DNA of 63,063 nucleotides, the filler included, from Phoronis australis (Eukaryota > Animalia > Phoronida), in NCBI GenBank assembly GCA_002633005.1. It is 8 parts of 8 records of this genome, joined end to end, with 100 filler letters (N's around TTAATTAATTAA, not from the genome) between each part and the next. Parts side by side here need not be neighbours in the genome. Positions count along the whole stretch, not along the records: positions 33,241 to 36,635 come from NMRA01003045.1; positions 36,736 to 63,063 come from NMRA01000830.1; 6 more parts are not named here. One strand, given 5' to 3'. The position numbers were made by a program, and so were the translations under genes. Positions 36,176-50,535 of the stretch are shown piece after piece; position 1 is the first letter of the stretch; every line of letters starts with the position of its first letter. The notes beneath the pieces are model-generated. The model was not told where the DNA came from and searched no databases. It saw only the letters and a program-made list of their open reading frames with translations.

Positions 36176-36635
36176 CCGTTCAGCATTGGTTGTTCACACA
36201 CTATGAGTAGAGATTACAATATTTTAAATTTATGGGTGTCATGTTCAATACGCCTTCATTCTGCGAGTTTATTTTGACTCAAAAGGATATATGGCAGAAA
36301 AACGCATTTCGTCGGGATTGTTGTTGGATGAGATAACTTTGACCAGAAATATAAAACAACAAAATCCGTTGTGCTTTGAGGATTTTGTAACAACTCGCTG
36401 GGACAGAAACTTTGATTTGCAATTAGAAATCAGACAAAAACACGACGAAAACAACAGGACAAAAGCAGCAACACCAACAACAATAACAACAACCTAAACA
36501 GCTTAAAATACTCAAACGTGTGTAAAAGATAACATGAAAACAATGACTGATGACGTTTCACTTTGATATGATACTTCAAACAACACCCTTTGCAAAGTCC
36601 AATGAACAACGAAGTTGTCATCAAATTATCCTGAG

Positions 36636-36735
36636 NNNNNNNNNNNNNNNNNNNNNNNNNNNNNNNNNNNNNNNNNNNNTTAATTAATTAANNNNNNNNN
36701 NNNNNNNNNNNNNNNNNNNNNNNNNNNNNNNNNNN
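36636..36735. other. Artificial contig spacer
   Basis: N44-TTAATTAATTAA-N44. Confidence 0.97.
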
Positions 36736-37234
36736 CGGGCGGAAAAGTGGCCGGGTCCGGTTTAGTAGCCTCACCATGGTCACGTTCATTGAATATATAT
36801 TTTACCCCCAGCGTTTAGGCCGAGCAACCACAACAGCGTAGATTATTAACACTTTCATCTTAATTATATGTTATAAATAGTTATTACAAATGGGGTTTTA
36901 AACATGGAATGTCGGACACAAAGATTTCTTTTCCACACAAATTCGCCACTCATCAGGACATACACTGTCTGGTTCATGAACTCTCGTGACCTGTGGCTAC
37001 AGTCAGCAGCAGCAGAATATAGGTCAAGGTGCTTGGTTAAGATTCTCTGGCAGACAGTCTTATTTGAGCGATAAAATGACACGTGATTGATGAGAAGCGC
37101 CATCTGTTTGCCGTAAAGGTTTTGGATGAGCGGGTACCTTATTTGCCCCGGCAACACTGTACACAATCGCTCGTCTTAGCGATACATTTCCCACAATGCA
37201 ACTGCGGCGGCAAAATCAAATATGGCGGATTTGC

Positions 37235-38205
37235 ACATTCGCTATTAGAAAGACTACAATACCAAGCAGCTTTAGCCATAACAGGGGCATACAAAGGGTC
37301 CAACACAATCAAAGTTCTAAATAGTCACAACTGGAGTAAACTAGAAACCCGTCGTAAACTCCACCTGTCCATGTATACAGTCAAAGTCTTAACCAACACA
37401 AACAATTACTCTAACAAAATCCTCGTTGACTCCTACAAAACACCAAATACGAGACCAGGACTGCAGCAAAGTAATATGCACACTTCCATCAACCAAGCCT
37501 TCGGGAGATCAACGATATTAACTTGTATTGACAACTGGCATTCCTTACCATTCAAAATAAAAGAAAGCACTTCAATCGTCCCTCTAAAAATAACTTTAAA
37601 ATGCATACCACTACTCAAGACTTGCCAGTCCCATTGACATCATTCCAACTTCCTCGAAACCATAAAATAACCCTATACAGATCAAGATGCGGTCTATTCC
37701 TAAACAACGAGACATAATTTTAATAATATTTCGCTTCTGTGTTCCTGTGGAGACACCCAGACATATCCTCATGTTTTCTTTGCTTGTGACGTATGCAAGG
37801 AGCAGAGGGTACAGCTTTTCCAGACACTCGAACAATACTCCCAATGTTTACAAAAATATTCTGAAATTCCACAATTCTACAACAAAATTAATTTTTTTCT
37901 ATATGGATGTCAAGAACTTAACCCAAATGAAAATAAGGTTTTATTGGAAATAGTATCAGAATTTCTTTATAACATTGAATCTCTGTGTGAGTGGATAGAA
38001 TTGTATACATGTGTATGAAAATGAATTATTTACATTCGTAATCATATATCATTGTAATCTTAACTTCAGTTTTTTATATACGTATTCGTGTATAATAATT
38101 GTATATAGACTTCTTTATATTTTTAACCCAGATCTAATGTCTCTTGGCGCTTTCTGGGTTATATATATTCATTGTATTCTGAAGATTTCGTAATAAACAT
38201 TTATG
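37235..38205 (+). mobile_element. 5'-truncated, decayed LINE (CR1/L2-group-like ORF2 C-terminus and 3' UTR)
   Basis: LLERLQYQAALAITGAYKGS...NWSKLETRR (post-RT motif), then LCSCGDTQTYPHVFFAC (C-terminal Zn finger) in another frame, and AATAAA near 38192. Confidence 0.8.
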
Positions 38206-38940
38206 AAATCAATGATGAAAATAACACAGATGCAGAAGAACGGTAGTTGTGTTCCATTTATGTAGAACTGAACTATAGTGGAGTAGAACACAACATGACA
38301 AATTGATGTAAAATAGGAACGATGTACACACACTGTTGGATGCACATATATTTCAGCACAGTCATTGGATGTTCAGTAGACACAATTTTCAACATAAAAT
38401 GTCATTAGTCTTTAGCCAAATTCATTCACTGGATGTTGCTGCAGTTATGAGAATATTTCCAACCACACACAGTTAAAAACGCCGGATAATTATTCTTTTT
38501 AACGTGCAATGCTTAAACATTATACAACAAAATGTCCATCATAGTTTAGCTCATATAAAAACGAAATTGTGTTTGCCTTCTTGAGGTGCACGCACTAAGC
38601 TGTCAACTTCTGCTCAAGTTTGATTAAAGTCTGACTTGAGCTAGAAAGCGAATACAATATTATTTTTATCCATACACCCTGTACAACAATACAGTAAAAT
38701 GTCGGGTAAACTGATGAATTGAGTAAACGTCCTTAATGTTTTCTGTAGAAAAACAAAGCAACTTGAGCAAAACGACAGATTGGCTAAACGAGCTACACAG
38801 TGACTGCAGTCAGAATGTATTATACAAAATCAAAGATCAGAGTGATGAGTAAGAACAGTCTCCACTGTAACTTTTATTTTAGTAGAATGAGTGCATACAC
38901 ACAATACACGCATGTCAGAGTGACTGCACAGCAAGATAAT

Positions 38941-39113
38941 TGACCTATCGCCAGGATTTTGAGTGACGGCTGAACTGACCATTTAGAACGCAGCATTATT
39001 GGCACACCTTCGTTACCAAGCCGCCATTTTACCCGACAAACAACATGTTGCTGGGTAAAACTTATTGTTTGTTACTCGACATTACGCAAAGGGGCGGAGC
39101 TTGCGATAGGTCA
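38941..39113. mobile_element. Small MITE with AT target duplication
   Basis: AT|TGACCTATCGC ... GCGATAGGTCA|AT. Confidence 0.65.
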
Positions 39114-39366
39114 ATTGTACAAGTAATACAACTGTGCAGTACACTGCAGGTGTTTGCGTCATGTAAACGGGAATAAAACCACTGTTTCAGCCAAGGTCGG
39201 GTGACCTACTAGTTCTACGACATCAACATGTGTACTACAGAAATGAGCAGTACGTCACATATGGGTACTCAGGCTGGATGGGACATAGAAGTTACTCGAC
39301 AAGTTGACAGAAACATACCTGAAATCTTTTGCTGTGCTAACATAAAAGTAAATTCAAAGTGAACAG

Positions 39367-39538
39367 TTATTCAGTAAAGAGACAACTTAGTAAACTAAGA
39401 GGCAACAAGACTAATTTGAAAACTATATCATTCCTGGCACCAACCCAGAGTCCGAGTGATTTTTGACAGGCAGACCAATGGACCAAAACAAACTCAAATG
39501 AATATAAAATTATGACAATATTACAATATTGTGGTACT
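39367..39538 (-). CDS. Tentative exon 3 of a small multi-pass membrane protein
   Basis: Acceptor CTTGTAG; phase-2 reading VPQYCNIVIILYSFEFVLVHW...IVFKLVLLPLSLLSCLFTE*; phase-compatible with 44480-44648. Confidence 0.3.
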
Positions 39539-42500
39539 CTACAAGTTTGATGAAATTGCAAAAGATTCTGGCCTATATACATGTAGATGAATTTATGTCC
39601 GATAACTGAGGAACTTATTTTTACGTTTGAATAATCTGATTAATTTGATCACGTTTCATGTAGAGTGGGGTATTCTTCTTTTTCTTCAACAACAAGTTTT
39701 TTAATTGTCACCTGTACATTATTATTTTTTTATTTTCATTATTTATCAGTTGATAATATGTTTAGTAGTATATTGTTTTTGGAATTTTGACCTTTCCTTT
39801 CTGTTAGTGAGTTTTGATTTTATCAGTGAAATGAACGTTTTCAATACCCAGATTGTTTTCTTTTATAGACTTTTTTTCAGACAAATGTAGCTTTTCAGAT
39901 TCTTGGCGTTCTTCCTGCAACAGAGTCTAAAATAAAAGAGTAGGAAACAACTAGATGACCACCTGGGATTGCCATCTTTAAGGCCAAGGGATAATTTGAT
40001 TTGCTGCTATAAGAATCGAACACAAGTACGATTATATAGCCAATGAAGACTTAGTGAGAGACTGCATATTCTTTCGGACTTTGCCACCATTTCCAGTCAT
40101 CATAGCGTGGACATCATTTTACGTTACCTTTTGCCATCATCTGATCCTCTTCTGTGTGTGTGTGATAAGATCTCGTTGAGAAAAAATTAAGTTTCACGTA
40201 TGCAAACTGTTGTTTACAGCTTGGCATATTTACTTTTTATTGTTTTCAATCCATTAACTACAGAAAATGTATCAATTACTCTGGGTGATAAAATCTAATG
40301 GAACAGACACTGACAAAACACAAAATGAATTAACAAATAGTGATTGCACACTCAGTTGATGTTAAGTAAACTTATTTGAAGAACAATTATTTATAGCTAC
40401 CCTGAGCACATGCATAGCATTTTTCTTTCCTCTGAATAAGCTTTAATATGTTGGAGAGGTATTTTGGAGCCATCATGGCACTGAAGTTTCCTTCCTATTT
40501 ATCCTGGATATACATGTGTTCCCACTGTCACATATATCAATCAGCCTCACTCCCTATGTGAGGTGGTTGCAGTTCACAACCCGCACTATCACAACAAATA
40601 GAATGAAAGCTCTCGCAGGAGCGACACTTGACGAAATTAACTGAAAAGGCGCCTTAATGAGGATGATGATGACGATGATAATGATGATGGTGTTGATGAA
40701 CATGATTATCACATTCATACGACGGTCGAAGATGTCAGAAGTCAGTAAGAAATAGGCTAGTCTTGCTCAATAGAAGGTAAACCAACAAAGGACTACCACC
40801 GTTATCAGAAAATCTCCTGATAGCCCGTTCAAAACTCTATCTAAAAATAGATTTACAAAATTCCGAAAAGTTTCAAATTTTGCATTTTCTTGAAATTCAA
40901 GGGCAAATAACGCAAAAACGGTGAGTCTGAGAAAAAAATTGTTACAGGTCAATGAAAGAGTGAAGGATAGTTATTTAGCGAGTGGATGTGGATATTTTAA
41001 ATTGTCAACTAAACTGACAAAACATGAATTTGAATGTTTTCCCATACGTGCTCAAAACAAGATGGCTGAAGGAAGTGTGATATTTCTTCAGACCACTGAA
41101 GCTTATGGGTCACGGCGTGATATGGAATTTTATCAGCTTTGCCTGAAGAAATGTCTTCTGAGCCAAGAGGTCGCTCCTGAACATGAAAAGTTCATCAAGA
41201 TCTAAGTGCAATAAATCAAAACTTGTGTTTCTTTGACAGAAAGCACGGGTTTTATGTAACTTTAAGAATGGCGACATAAACATTATACAGGTAACTCCAA
41301 ATAGGTTCACCAGTACACGAGACTAAGCTACACATACTGAACATAAAAACGGTTCCTCGATACTGTTAATAGTCCCGGGTAATATGGTTGATTTAAGGAA
41401 AGGAATTCGATATCACCTAACACAAACATCAAAAATGTGCGATAAATGCTTTTGTCGATTGTAATAATGCTGAGGCTCTGAATGTTTTTCTATCATTTTA
41501 GCTCAGGCCAGGAGCAGACAATTTAATGCTTTTGTCAGTTTTAACAATGCAGAAAGTCTGAATATTTTTATATCATTGTTAGTTCATGTCAGGAGCAGAC
41601 AAATAATGACTACTGAGTTTCCAGGATGGAAAAATGAAAATATTTACCACACTTAGATATTGTAATACAAAAACATAAACGGGAAACGGAATTCAATTTT
41701 AATAGCAGACAAAAATTATACGCTTGAGTTGCAGACGATATAATATTTAGCAATAGAAACTGACAGAGAATTGTCATATAATTAACAGTCCTGCTCCAGA
41801 TGTTACGATTGAGACCTGATAGCATGTTGAGTGTTATTTAGACTGCTACAACTGTATTACTTTTAAACTGTTTTCCGAAAGTTTGATCGAACCGGCCAAC
41901 GACGTCGATTCGACATTGACCTGTGCGGGAAGTGAATACGAGAACGTTGTTACAAGGCCTTTTCCCTCGACAGATTCAACGCGCATGGGATAAGGATAAT
42001 TTTCATATTGTCTGTGCAAATTAGCGCCGCCTTAAGTCTGAGCTGTGAAACTTTTGACACGCATTTGCACAGCCTTTTCAGTCCTTTCGAGAAATTTTAA
42101 ACCTATAAAATACACGACCTCTTTGTTCATGTAAACCGAGCAAATATTATCCCTGAACACAGATATGCACTCTGTCTGAGGTCTGTCTGAGCCCTGAATG
42201 AGTTTCAACGTGAAAATTTTCCGGGGGGGGGGACAGGGACTCAACGTTTGACGAGGTGTGGGGCATGGAAATTGGTGAACTTTACCATTTCAGAAACCCG
42301 GTATGGAATTCGAAGAGTTCCGCCAAGTAATAAACAAACACATGCAGGGTCGGAATACTGTACATGGGTTTCTAGGAACTGGGTGTTGAAGCAATACACA
42401 ATTAGGGCCACTTGGCTCAATTCTGTATTTGACCTGGTCACTTCAATGTTGTTAACCAAGCATATGTGGAACGTTTGCCTGAACACGTATGGTCACAACA

Positions 42501-43989
42501 TAGTCTAGGATCGAGCACAGTGATAATGATAGCAAGAAAACGCCGGAAAGTTGCAAGTGGATTTAGAGGTTGCATTGTAACATGAAAAAAGAATAGTTTA
42601 AAAAATTGTGACATCAGACTATTTCTAAGGTGCAAGGTCACCTTGGTCAGCTTCAGTCTCATTTTAGGATGCATATAAAGTGTACAGTAAGCTTGTTCAT
42701 AGTGTTTCTTTTTGTACTTCTACGAATATGGAGAATTAGTTTACTGTGGTTACATTCAACGTAGGTATTTATTTTACACCATGGACATCTTATTAATACA
42801 TAGACCGGGGGCGCGCCACTCAGATACATGCCATATTGGAGAGTGCTACACAGGACAAAAATGGCGGAAAACACTGGGAGCCCTACGGCATCAGTCAGAA
42901 AATCGGCGGGCTCGAAGTGTTATGCTTGCAGCCAACGAGTTAAGATTTTTGGTCCTGCCATTGACTCATAGGTTTTTTGGTTCGGCCATGGAATTTATTG
43001 GCGCTGCAAGTAGGTTTTTGTGTTCTGCCACCATAATTTAAGCGGAGTTACTATATGCGTTATTGCCACATCAGTCTTGGTGATTGAGGCCATATAAGAT
43101 CAATTAAATACGATAATTATTGACCAGCATATGCTATTATCCAATGATGATGCTGTTTGCTAATTATATTTATGTCTATGGTTTACACATTCAAATGAAA
43201 AACTATGATTAATGACTAAACAAGATTGCTTGTTTAGGTTAATAATGTTTAAGATTCTTTTGACAATTGTGGCCATTATTTTGTATCTTGTTCTACTCAC
43301 TGGTGTTCATTTATATGACCGATACCAGTGACGTCTGCTCAACCAGCTTACACAGGGACATATCACTGCACAACTGAAATAGTTCCCAATAGATGATATA
43401 GCTGTAAAACTATTACATCCACTATTACGAAAATATCATGAAGTTCTCAAAAGTGTATGAATGAAACTGAAAAGCTTGAAATAAACCACCAAAGCCTGTA
43501 ATGAAAATTACTACTACAAGTTTGCACTTATACACCACATTCACATCAACGTATTAGTTTCTAAAATCATAAATATTGGATGTAGAAAAAAATCGATGTC
43601 ATGTCATACACTTTTCTTTGTGCTATATTTGTATACTTTAACAAAAAGTCTTAAAGTATTTTACAAAAGTCATTTATAGAGTGTACAGAATACTAGGCCA
43701 GGCACTAAATGGCGTGTGACTGGGTGTCAAGCTCCAGGTTTACTATCACAACTAGTAGTGATGACAGCAGTCCGAGAGTTGCACTGCTGTAGCTAGAGAC
43801 CAGGAGAGTTTTTCTCATGGTTTAGAATAGATTTTGACTTTTTTGCCGTTAATCCCGACTCCAAGGGGAACTTCAAAATCTTAGGGACACTATCTGAAAA
43901 ACGTAAGGAGGATTTCAGGTAATTTGCTTTAGTCGAATTGAAGCATTCAAGTTGACATGTCGACGATTGCGAGGCAGTCAGCCAGCGAA

Positions 43990-44243
43990 TTTTCGCTCTG
44001 GGATTTCAGCACAATTTTCTGTAAAATCATCGCAACTTAACAGCAAAGTTTGATAGCAATGCACCACCGTTTTGTAGAAAGTCTGTCATAGGTTACAGAT
44101 ACGTCACAAAGCGTAAATATGATGAATCTTAGCTTCCGATTTCTCCCGTTTCGGAGACCGGGTTTCAATTGCCTTGAGTTACAATAAGCGCCCACTTGAA
44201 ACGATTTTTTCTGAGGGCCCTGGGGGGTTATTAGGGCGAATAC
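43990..44243. mobile_element. 3' fragment of the Tc2/pogo-like family seen at 22744-24042
   Basis: Direct similarity to 23850-24040 (GATTTCAGCACAATTTTCTGTAAAAT...GGAGACCGGGTTTCAA...GGTTATTAGGGCGAATAC). Confidence 0.7.
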
Positions 44244-44479
44244 ACCTTTTATTCTGTCAAAGTGACTGGTTTTCAAATCAGGTACCATCCAACTTTTGTC
44301 TGATTAGACCCGGTAAAAAATAATCAAATTTATCATTCCCGCCTACAACTAAAAATGTACCAAGCCATTTTTCAGTTTACAAACGACAGTAAAAAGCCTC
44401 ATTTCCACTACGTAAAATTACTAGCATAGAGTAGAGAAATTCATCTACCACCACATGGTGCTACAGCAAAGTGCGCTAC

Positions 44480-44648
44480 CTCAGTAGCTGTATAACGAAC
44501 TTCTCAATAATAAAAGTGTCATAGGTAATCAAAATAACACATAACACAGCTACCAACATTTCAACAGCTCCTGACCGTCTTATAAGGAAGTATTCAGAGC
44601 CTGTACTAGAGCAAACATATTTCCTTAACCTTGAGAATGACAATAGAG
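44480..44648 (-). CDS. Tentative exon 2 of a small membrane protein
   Basis: Strong acceptor TGTTTTTTTCAACAG; open phase 1-2 reading ALLSFSRLRKY...MLVAVLCVILITYDTFIIEKFVIQLL; weak donor GAG|GTAGCG. Confidence 0.4.
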
Positions 44649-46581
44649 CTGTTGAAAAAAACATGTTGACAGTAGTGATGTTATTTGCTTTACTCGTTTA
44701 TTATTGAGAACAACATGTATAGACATTCAGGACACAAGGCACTGTGATACTGGTCATCTTGCTCTTAACATCACGCTGCAGAACACTGTCATGCATCTCT
44801 GGTTGATTGACAAACACCTCCAAAAATATGATACAAAACAATATTTACTTCACATGATCATTTCAGGAACGTGTTTGCTTGCAATGTGACAAATGTTCAA
44901 GTAATAATATTTCAGCAGACGCAGGCTCTCATCAGTGACAGACTTTGCCGTGCGGGTCTTTGATACCACTTCTGGAGACGTCATCAAACAAAAGATAAAA
45001 AGCGCATGTCACATCAATTGTAGATGAGCCCAGAACGAAAAACATGGCTGTTTTTTTACCAGATCTCACTCTTTTTGGTACAATATTGACTTTGCTAAGG
45101 ATCGAGCATTCAGTACAATATAATGATCTCAATGTTGTGGCATGCGAACTCCGGGTGTGACGTAGAGTCACGGCTTCTCAATCGCAGGCGTCCTCAGCTT
45201 TCTGATTGTCCCCATTACACTATAATATAGTCGGGATACCTATCGTCGTCAGGCTCCAATGGTCGTTAGCCATCTTCTTTCGCGTGCAGCGCAGCCACGC
45301 GGGACTTAGCGTTCCAATCTGGAGTGCTCGTCTGCACGTTAGGTACTAACCTCTCGGGCGAAACACGCATGGAAAAACTGAGACGAAACTCGGTGCATTT
45401 ACCGACTGTTTTTTGAGACCACTTAAAAACTTGTAGATTTTACTAATGCACTTTTTTGTTCATTTTCAGATGATATTTTCGAAATTAAATTTTCTTCAGA
45501 CGTAACAAAAGACAACCCAGGGATTGTTTATGCAATGTCTCTATTTGTCCCAGGCACTAACCGACACCTGTTAGGCCAAAGGAAAAACGCAACAGACAAA
45601 TGCAACACGCTGGGTGCTTAACAGTTTCGGCCCACGCATTGGTCATCAAAATATTGTCCACTTGTTTTTTATTGCAAAACAAAGTACTGAGCTCAACATT
45701 GATGTTGAAATTTTTGGTTCAGGCATGTTGGATTTACTGTGAATAAAATTAAAATACTTGAATTGATAGAGAGTGGCCACCAATAAAGTGAAACGTTGAC
45801 TTTATTTCACTATATTGCATTGTTACATACAATACAGCATGACATAATCAAAAATAAAAGAAGAGATTGAGCAATAAAATGCAAATTCAACTTGGGTATG
45901 TATTTATTTATTTATGATTGCAGAAGTTTGTTAAAGGTGAGAAAAAGTCAAACAATATGATATTGGGTAATTTATTAGAACAACTACATCGAGGTTCAAT
46001 GATCAACTTCCGCCGACCAAGTCTCAAAGGGTTACAGTTCTGTTTTGGCTGACAAGGTGTTAACAGAGAATGAAGAAAAACCGAATAGAAAAAGAATGGC
46101 AGCAGAGATAAGTGGTGTTCAGAACAACAACGGCAAAAAGTCAAATAAAGAGGTCACAAGTAGAAAATAAAGTAAGGTTTATCTGGAATAAAACAATCGC
46201 GATTTATTTTCCAGAACTGAAATTCTGAATCAATTTTAATCGCCATCATACCAGTAAAACAGTTTGTGGTTGAACTAGAATTCTTTTAAACCACTTTCCA
46301 CTATTTTCTTGGCCTTTTTCTGCGTGGTTTTTTGTTCTTTCAAAAGGCGGCAGCATATATGACGACAATAGGAGTATAAAATGACTGCCGAAAAGCAATG
46401 CACAGTTCAACAATTTGGCATAAATAAAAGAAAACTTTTGAATCAACGAATGCTAGATATTTGTGAGAGTTAAATCAAATCCTATTCCGAGTATAACTTT
46501 GAAGTGGAATAATTGGGTGAGTACGACAACAAGCTGGTTTTACGCTTAGGCGGTCAACCATTGGGTTCCCAAGTGTATATA

Positions 46582-47051
46582 CTACAAGGTATGACACTCC
46601 GGACTAGAAATTCCACGGGTGCTTCATTTCAGCCGTCCATAGCAAACACAAAACTCTATAATCGACGGCAATTGCCGGTTCACCACGGAAGGTAACGAAA
46701 TGATCTGGCTAAGCAAGATACTATATCCCAAGATGGCCGTCCTAGTGTAACTGTAAAATCTTTGGGCTAAGTGGAGTAATTGATGTCGTGACCTTCCGTG
46801 ACAAACCGGCAATTTCCGTGTAGCATATTCCTGGCGTGCAGCGACTTTTTGGGAAGATTTTTGTGCTTTGACCGCGAATTTGTTGCGAACTCGGTAGAGC
46901 TGGACACTGTGAATGGTATTGGGAGAAACAACAGTTGCTCATGATTTGTTGAACCTCTGTTTTTTTGAAGATTTATTGAATTTCTGTTTGCTATGGACGG
47001 CTAAAGTGAAGCACCCGTGGAATTTCTAGTCCGGAGTGTCATACCTTGTAG
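46582..47051. mobile_element. MITE with ~70-80-bp TIRs and TA duplication (Tc1/mariner-like)
   Basis: TA|CTACAAGGTATGACACTCCGGACTAGAAATTCCACGGGTGCTTCA ... TGAAGCACCCGTGGAATTTCTAGTCCGGAGTGTCATACCTTGTAG|TA. Confidence 0.85.
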
Positions 47052-47119
47052 TATATTATATAGTGTATTGGGGACGATCGAAAGCCGTAATCAAAGCATT
47101 TTAGAAGCATCAATGCTAT

Positions 47120-47912
47120 AGACCCAGTTCAAGTGGCGGACATTACAATTCAAAGTGAGGCTCACTGCGATAAACAAAGCGGAAGTAGACATTGCGTGAG
47201 TTAAATGGCCGGTCTTTTGCGTCCAATCTGGATATTAAGTATTGAAAATGTGTCGATAATTAACCACAAAGACGTAGAAAAAATACATTCGAGAACAAGT
47301 CAAGAGCTGTCTGACGAAAGGGTATAATTTTTTTGTCAGAAAACTAGGTTAGAAATACGAAAAATAAATATGACCAAATTGCGGCGATCGTAGTGCCGGT
47401 GTCGTGTCCATTGCTGCTGCGATGGGCCATTTTTCCCACGGCGTGTGATTTTGCAAAATGATCCTAGAGTTTTTAATACTTTTCCTGATTCTCGCTAAGT
47501 TTTCGCTTACTGGAGCTTTCTTACCCCGATTTTGAACGTTTCCTTTTTTCCGAATCTCATCCTATACACTGTCCAAAACAAGGTTTCCAATTTCTGTGTT
47601 TTCTTTTAGTGTACAACAACATTATGGCATTTTTGTAAGACTTTTCTGAAAGCTACGCCTGATGATTTAGGAACACTATTTCACCCAGGACACCTATTTT
47701 GTCAAGGATCATCGCCTTCGGTCAGAACAGGTGTGCATCGAACTTATAACGTACTACAAAATGATATTGCCTTACTGGGAATATACCCAACCAAGTATTT
47801 TTACCCATTCGAGTATTTCTGACACATTCTTGAAGGAAATTCAGTACAAGCGAAAAAAAACACTCAGATCGGAGTCACGACAAAAAGCGTCTTCATCGCG
47901 ACGCCGAGGCCT

Positions 47913-47947
<35 letters not shown>

Positions 47948-49506
47948 ATGGAGGGAGGGAGTGAGGGANAGAGAGGGAGGGAGAGAGAGAGAGAGAGGGC
48001 GGAGAGAGAGTGACATAAGTAATATCAGCTCATAATACAATTGACAGAGTACTATAAAACAAACAAAACATGGGATCACAACGCCGGCACAAAGTATAGG
48101 CCATAGTGCGCAAGCCTACTGACCGGCGACTGATTTGAAGTAATTCATTTATCAATGTCTAACATAACAATGACAATTGACCATTATCACACACGTAGTG
48201 AACTTCTATTTTAGGCTTATTTTACAGCTGTGCTTTGCCGTCTTCGTTGGGGAAGAAATTTCACGGGAGAAGTTCAGTATTTTATGCCTTAGACATAAAA
48301 TAACTTCCCTTTAATACCGCGCATGCGCAACAGGGTCGGAGTGGGAAGAAATTTTACGTGACACCGGACTAGGTATTATGTTGAATGCAGGGTTACGTTT
48401 CTTCTTGTAAATTGTTGATAAAAATGCTTTCTACACAAACCATGTCATCTGCTCGTATTGTTGATGAGTTGAAGATATATTCGACAGCATCGCATTTTAC
48501 TGTCATGTGCATCTGCTTTACATAGTTGATCAAGAAATAAAATCATGCATAGCCTAGGTCCTGGTGAGGTAGGGACTACCGGGACTACAAAGTTGATTTG
48601 TCATTGATCTGAAAGAATAATTGATGTTATCAAATATATTTTTTATTAAAATTAAAAACCAGGCTCGTAGCTGAAAATAAAAATCATTTGACTATCAATT
48701 CTGCATTCTTGGTTTTAATGATTCTTACGTCTATTGAATGTGTTAGGTTTAAATATCAATCTGGACAAAGTTGAATTTTAAAATTCAAACACCCAATTTG
48801 ATCATCCATTAAGCATAACCTCGTTTTAGAGCTCAATTTCTGTTAACTGGAAAGAGCAAGCATAGTTATCATGTTTCTTCAGGGGCCTCGTTCATCCGAG
48901 GGGAATGGTTGTGCCTGTGCCTTCTGAGAGGAGAATTCTTTCACCAAGTTAGGTGAAAAATCCACCTCCCGATCACCATCAATAGCTCTCTCGCCCTGTT
49001 GCCAGCTCTCATAGGCTCTGTCTCAAGTAGCATTTTCATAATTGTGCTCATTCAAGTGTCACCGTGACCTGTGTGCATGGTTACAGGTGATTTGAACTTC
49101 GGTGAGAAATTTTCAATCACTATGGCAAATAATGCCGATATTCAACTTCAAAATCGAGGGATTGAGAGCCCTGTCCTTTTTGGAAAGAAAAATGTATCAT
49201 GTTTCAACCCGCAGTCACGAAGGCCGAAGATTCTCCGGTCGTTTCTCATATTATGGTCGGCAAAATATGATCTAACTTTTTATAAATTTTACACGGACAT
49301 ATTTTCCTTCGTCACGGCGTATAGCAACGACCCAACGCTTCCAAATCTCAAAGTCTTTAGCAGGGGATTGCAAAACAGACAGATGAGTGTCCAGATTTTT
49401 CCTAGCCGTGCGAGCAACACAGAACTACAACTACGCCGATAAGCCAACAGAGTTATCGTAGCGAGCCTTGTTTTGGAACGCGCCTCCTGTCGGCGTGAAT
49501 TAGTCT
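47120..49506. mobile_element. ISL2EU-like element, copy 2 (more degenerate ends, carries a nested insertion)
   Basis: Colinear similarity to 33680-35448 throughout (e.g. GAGGCTCACTGCGATAAACAAAGC at the start, CGCCTCCTGTCGGCGTGAAT at the end). Confidence 0.75.
47396..48367. mobile_element. Nested element with CCGGTGTC...GACACCGG termini, containing a (GA)n tract
   Basis: Absent from copy 1 at ~33961; the same right end recurs at ~55280-55403; GA-rich microsatellite at ~47913-48010. Confidence 0.65.
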
Positions 49507-50535
49507 GGTTTGTGTGGGGGGCGGGTCTCGACATTTTCATTATGTGTAGGGTCGAGATCGAGTGTGGGGTCCAGTAAGCCAAGTTCAAGGAATTATAAAT
49601 GTTGTAGTGCTTTTCAAGGCTTAAAAGCATGCATACAAAAACTGCTGGCCGCTAAAATGCATGCACACCAAGGCAAAATCTTAAATTTGGAAATTATATT
49701 TGACAAAAGTGGCATTCTTGATATCATAATTCGCACCAATGCGGGGCCCCTGATTAGCGATGTGAATGATCCTGAATCGACCAATCTGAACTACGAGTTA
49801 GCATTGCCCAGAGTACTGGCCCTCTCGTCACCCACGCAACACTGATTATTTGCTCATGAAAGGAGTGAATTACGTAAGACATACAAAACACGGTAAGTGT
49901 CCAGCATCAGATGTGCGCAGGCCACTCAGTTGGGCCCATTTTCACTTACTATGATCACTTGGAGAGCTTCAAACCGTAACAGCCAACGAAATTTCAACAA
50001 TCTCATCAAAAAATATCCGCAACTAGTTTTGGAGGAAAGTGTCAGTGATGAGTTAGTACAGCTGTGTGATGTGATGAAAACTGTCAGGCAGCCAAAACTT
50101 AAGACGGATCAAAAATGATATCAGAAACAACATTAAGATAGAAAAGGTTGCAGCAGTCTTGCATTTAACATTATTGAACATGAACCTCTACGTAACATTG
50201 ACGTTTCATGATTGACAATCATCCCGCTGTTGCAGTCAGTGGTACTTGCCAGTTGACATGTGGAAATTTCTACATAACCAATTTCCAGTTGCGAAGGTCA
50301 AACACAAAGATTTGTCGATTGATAATCTGGAATCTATCCCCTTTCTCCCCACTGGCTCCAAAATCAGAACGAAGAAGATAAACCGAAACAAGCGAACCAA
50401 TGCCCACCGAATCTATGACAAGCAACAGGTTGACGATCGAAGAGACCATCTGATTATAAAAATAACCCGTACACGAAGTGTTGTGACAGTTCTTAAATAT
50501 AAAGTGCTTCGAGATTAACTTAGTGATTAACTTAC

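Noticed and set aside
35866-36277. Five overlapping repetitive ORFs
   Set aside because: By-products of a GC-rich 47-bp repeat; the unit length is not a multiple of three.
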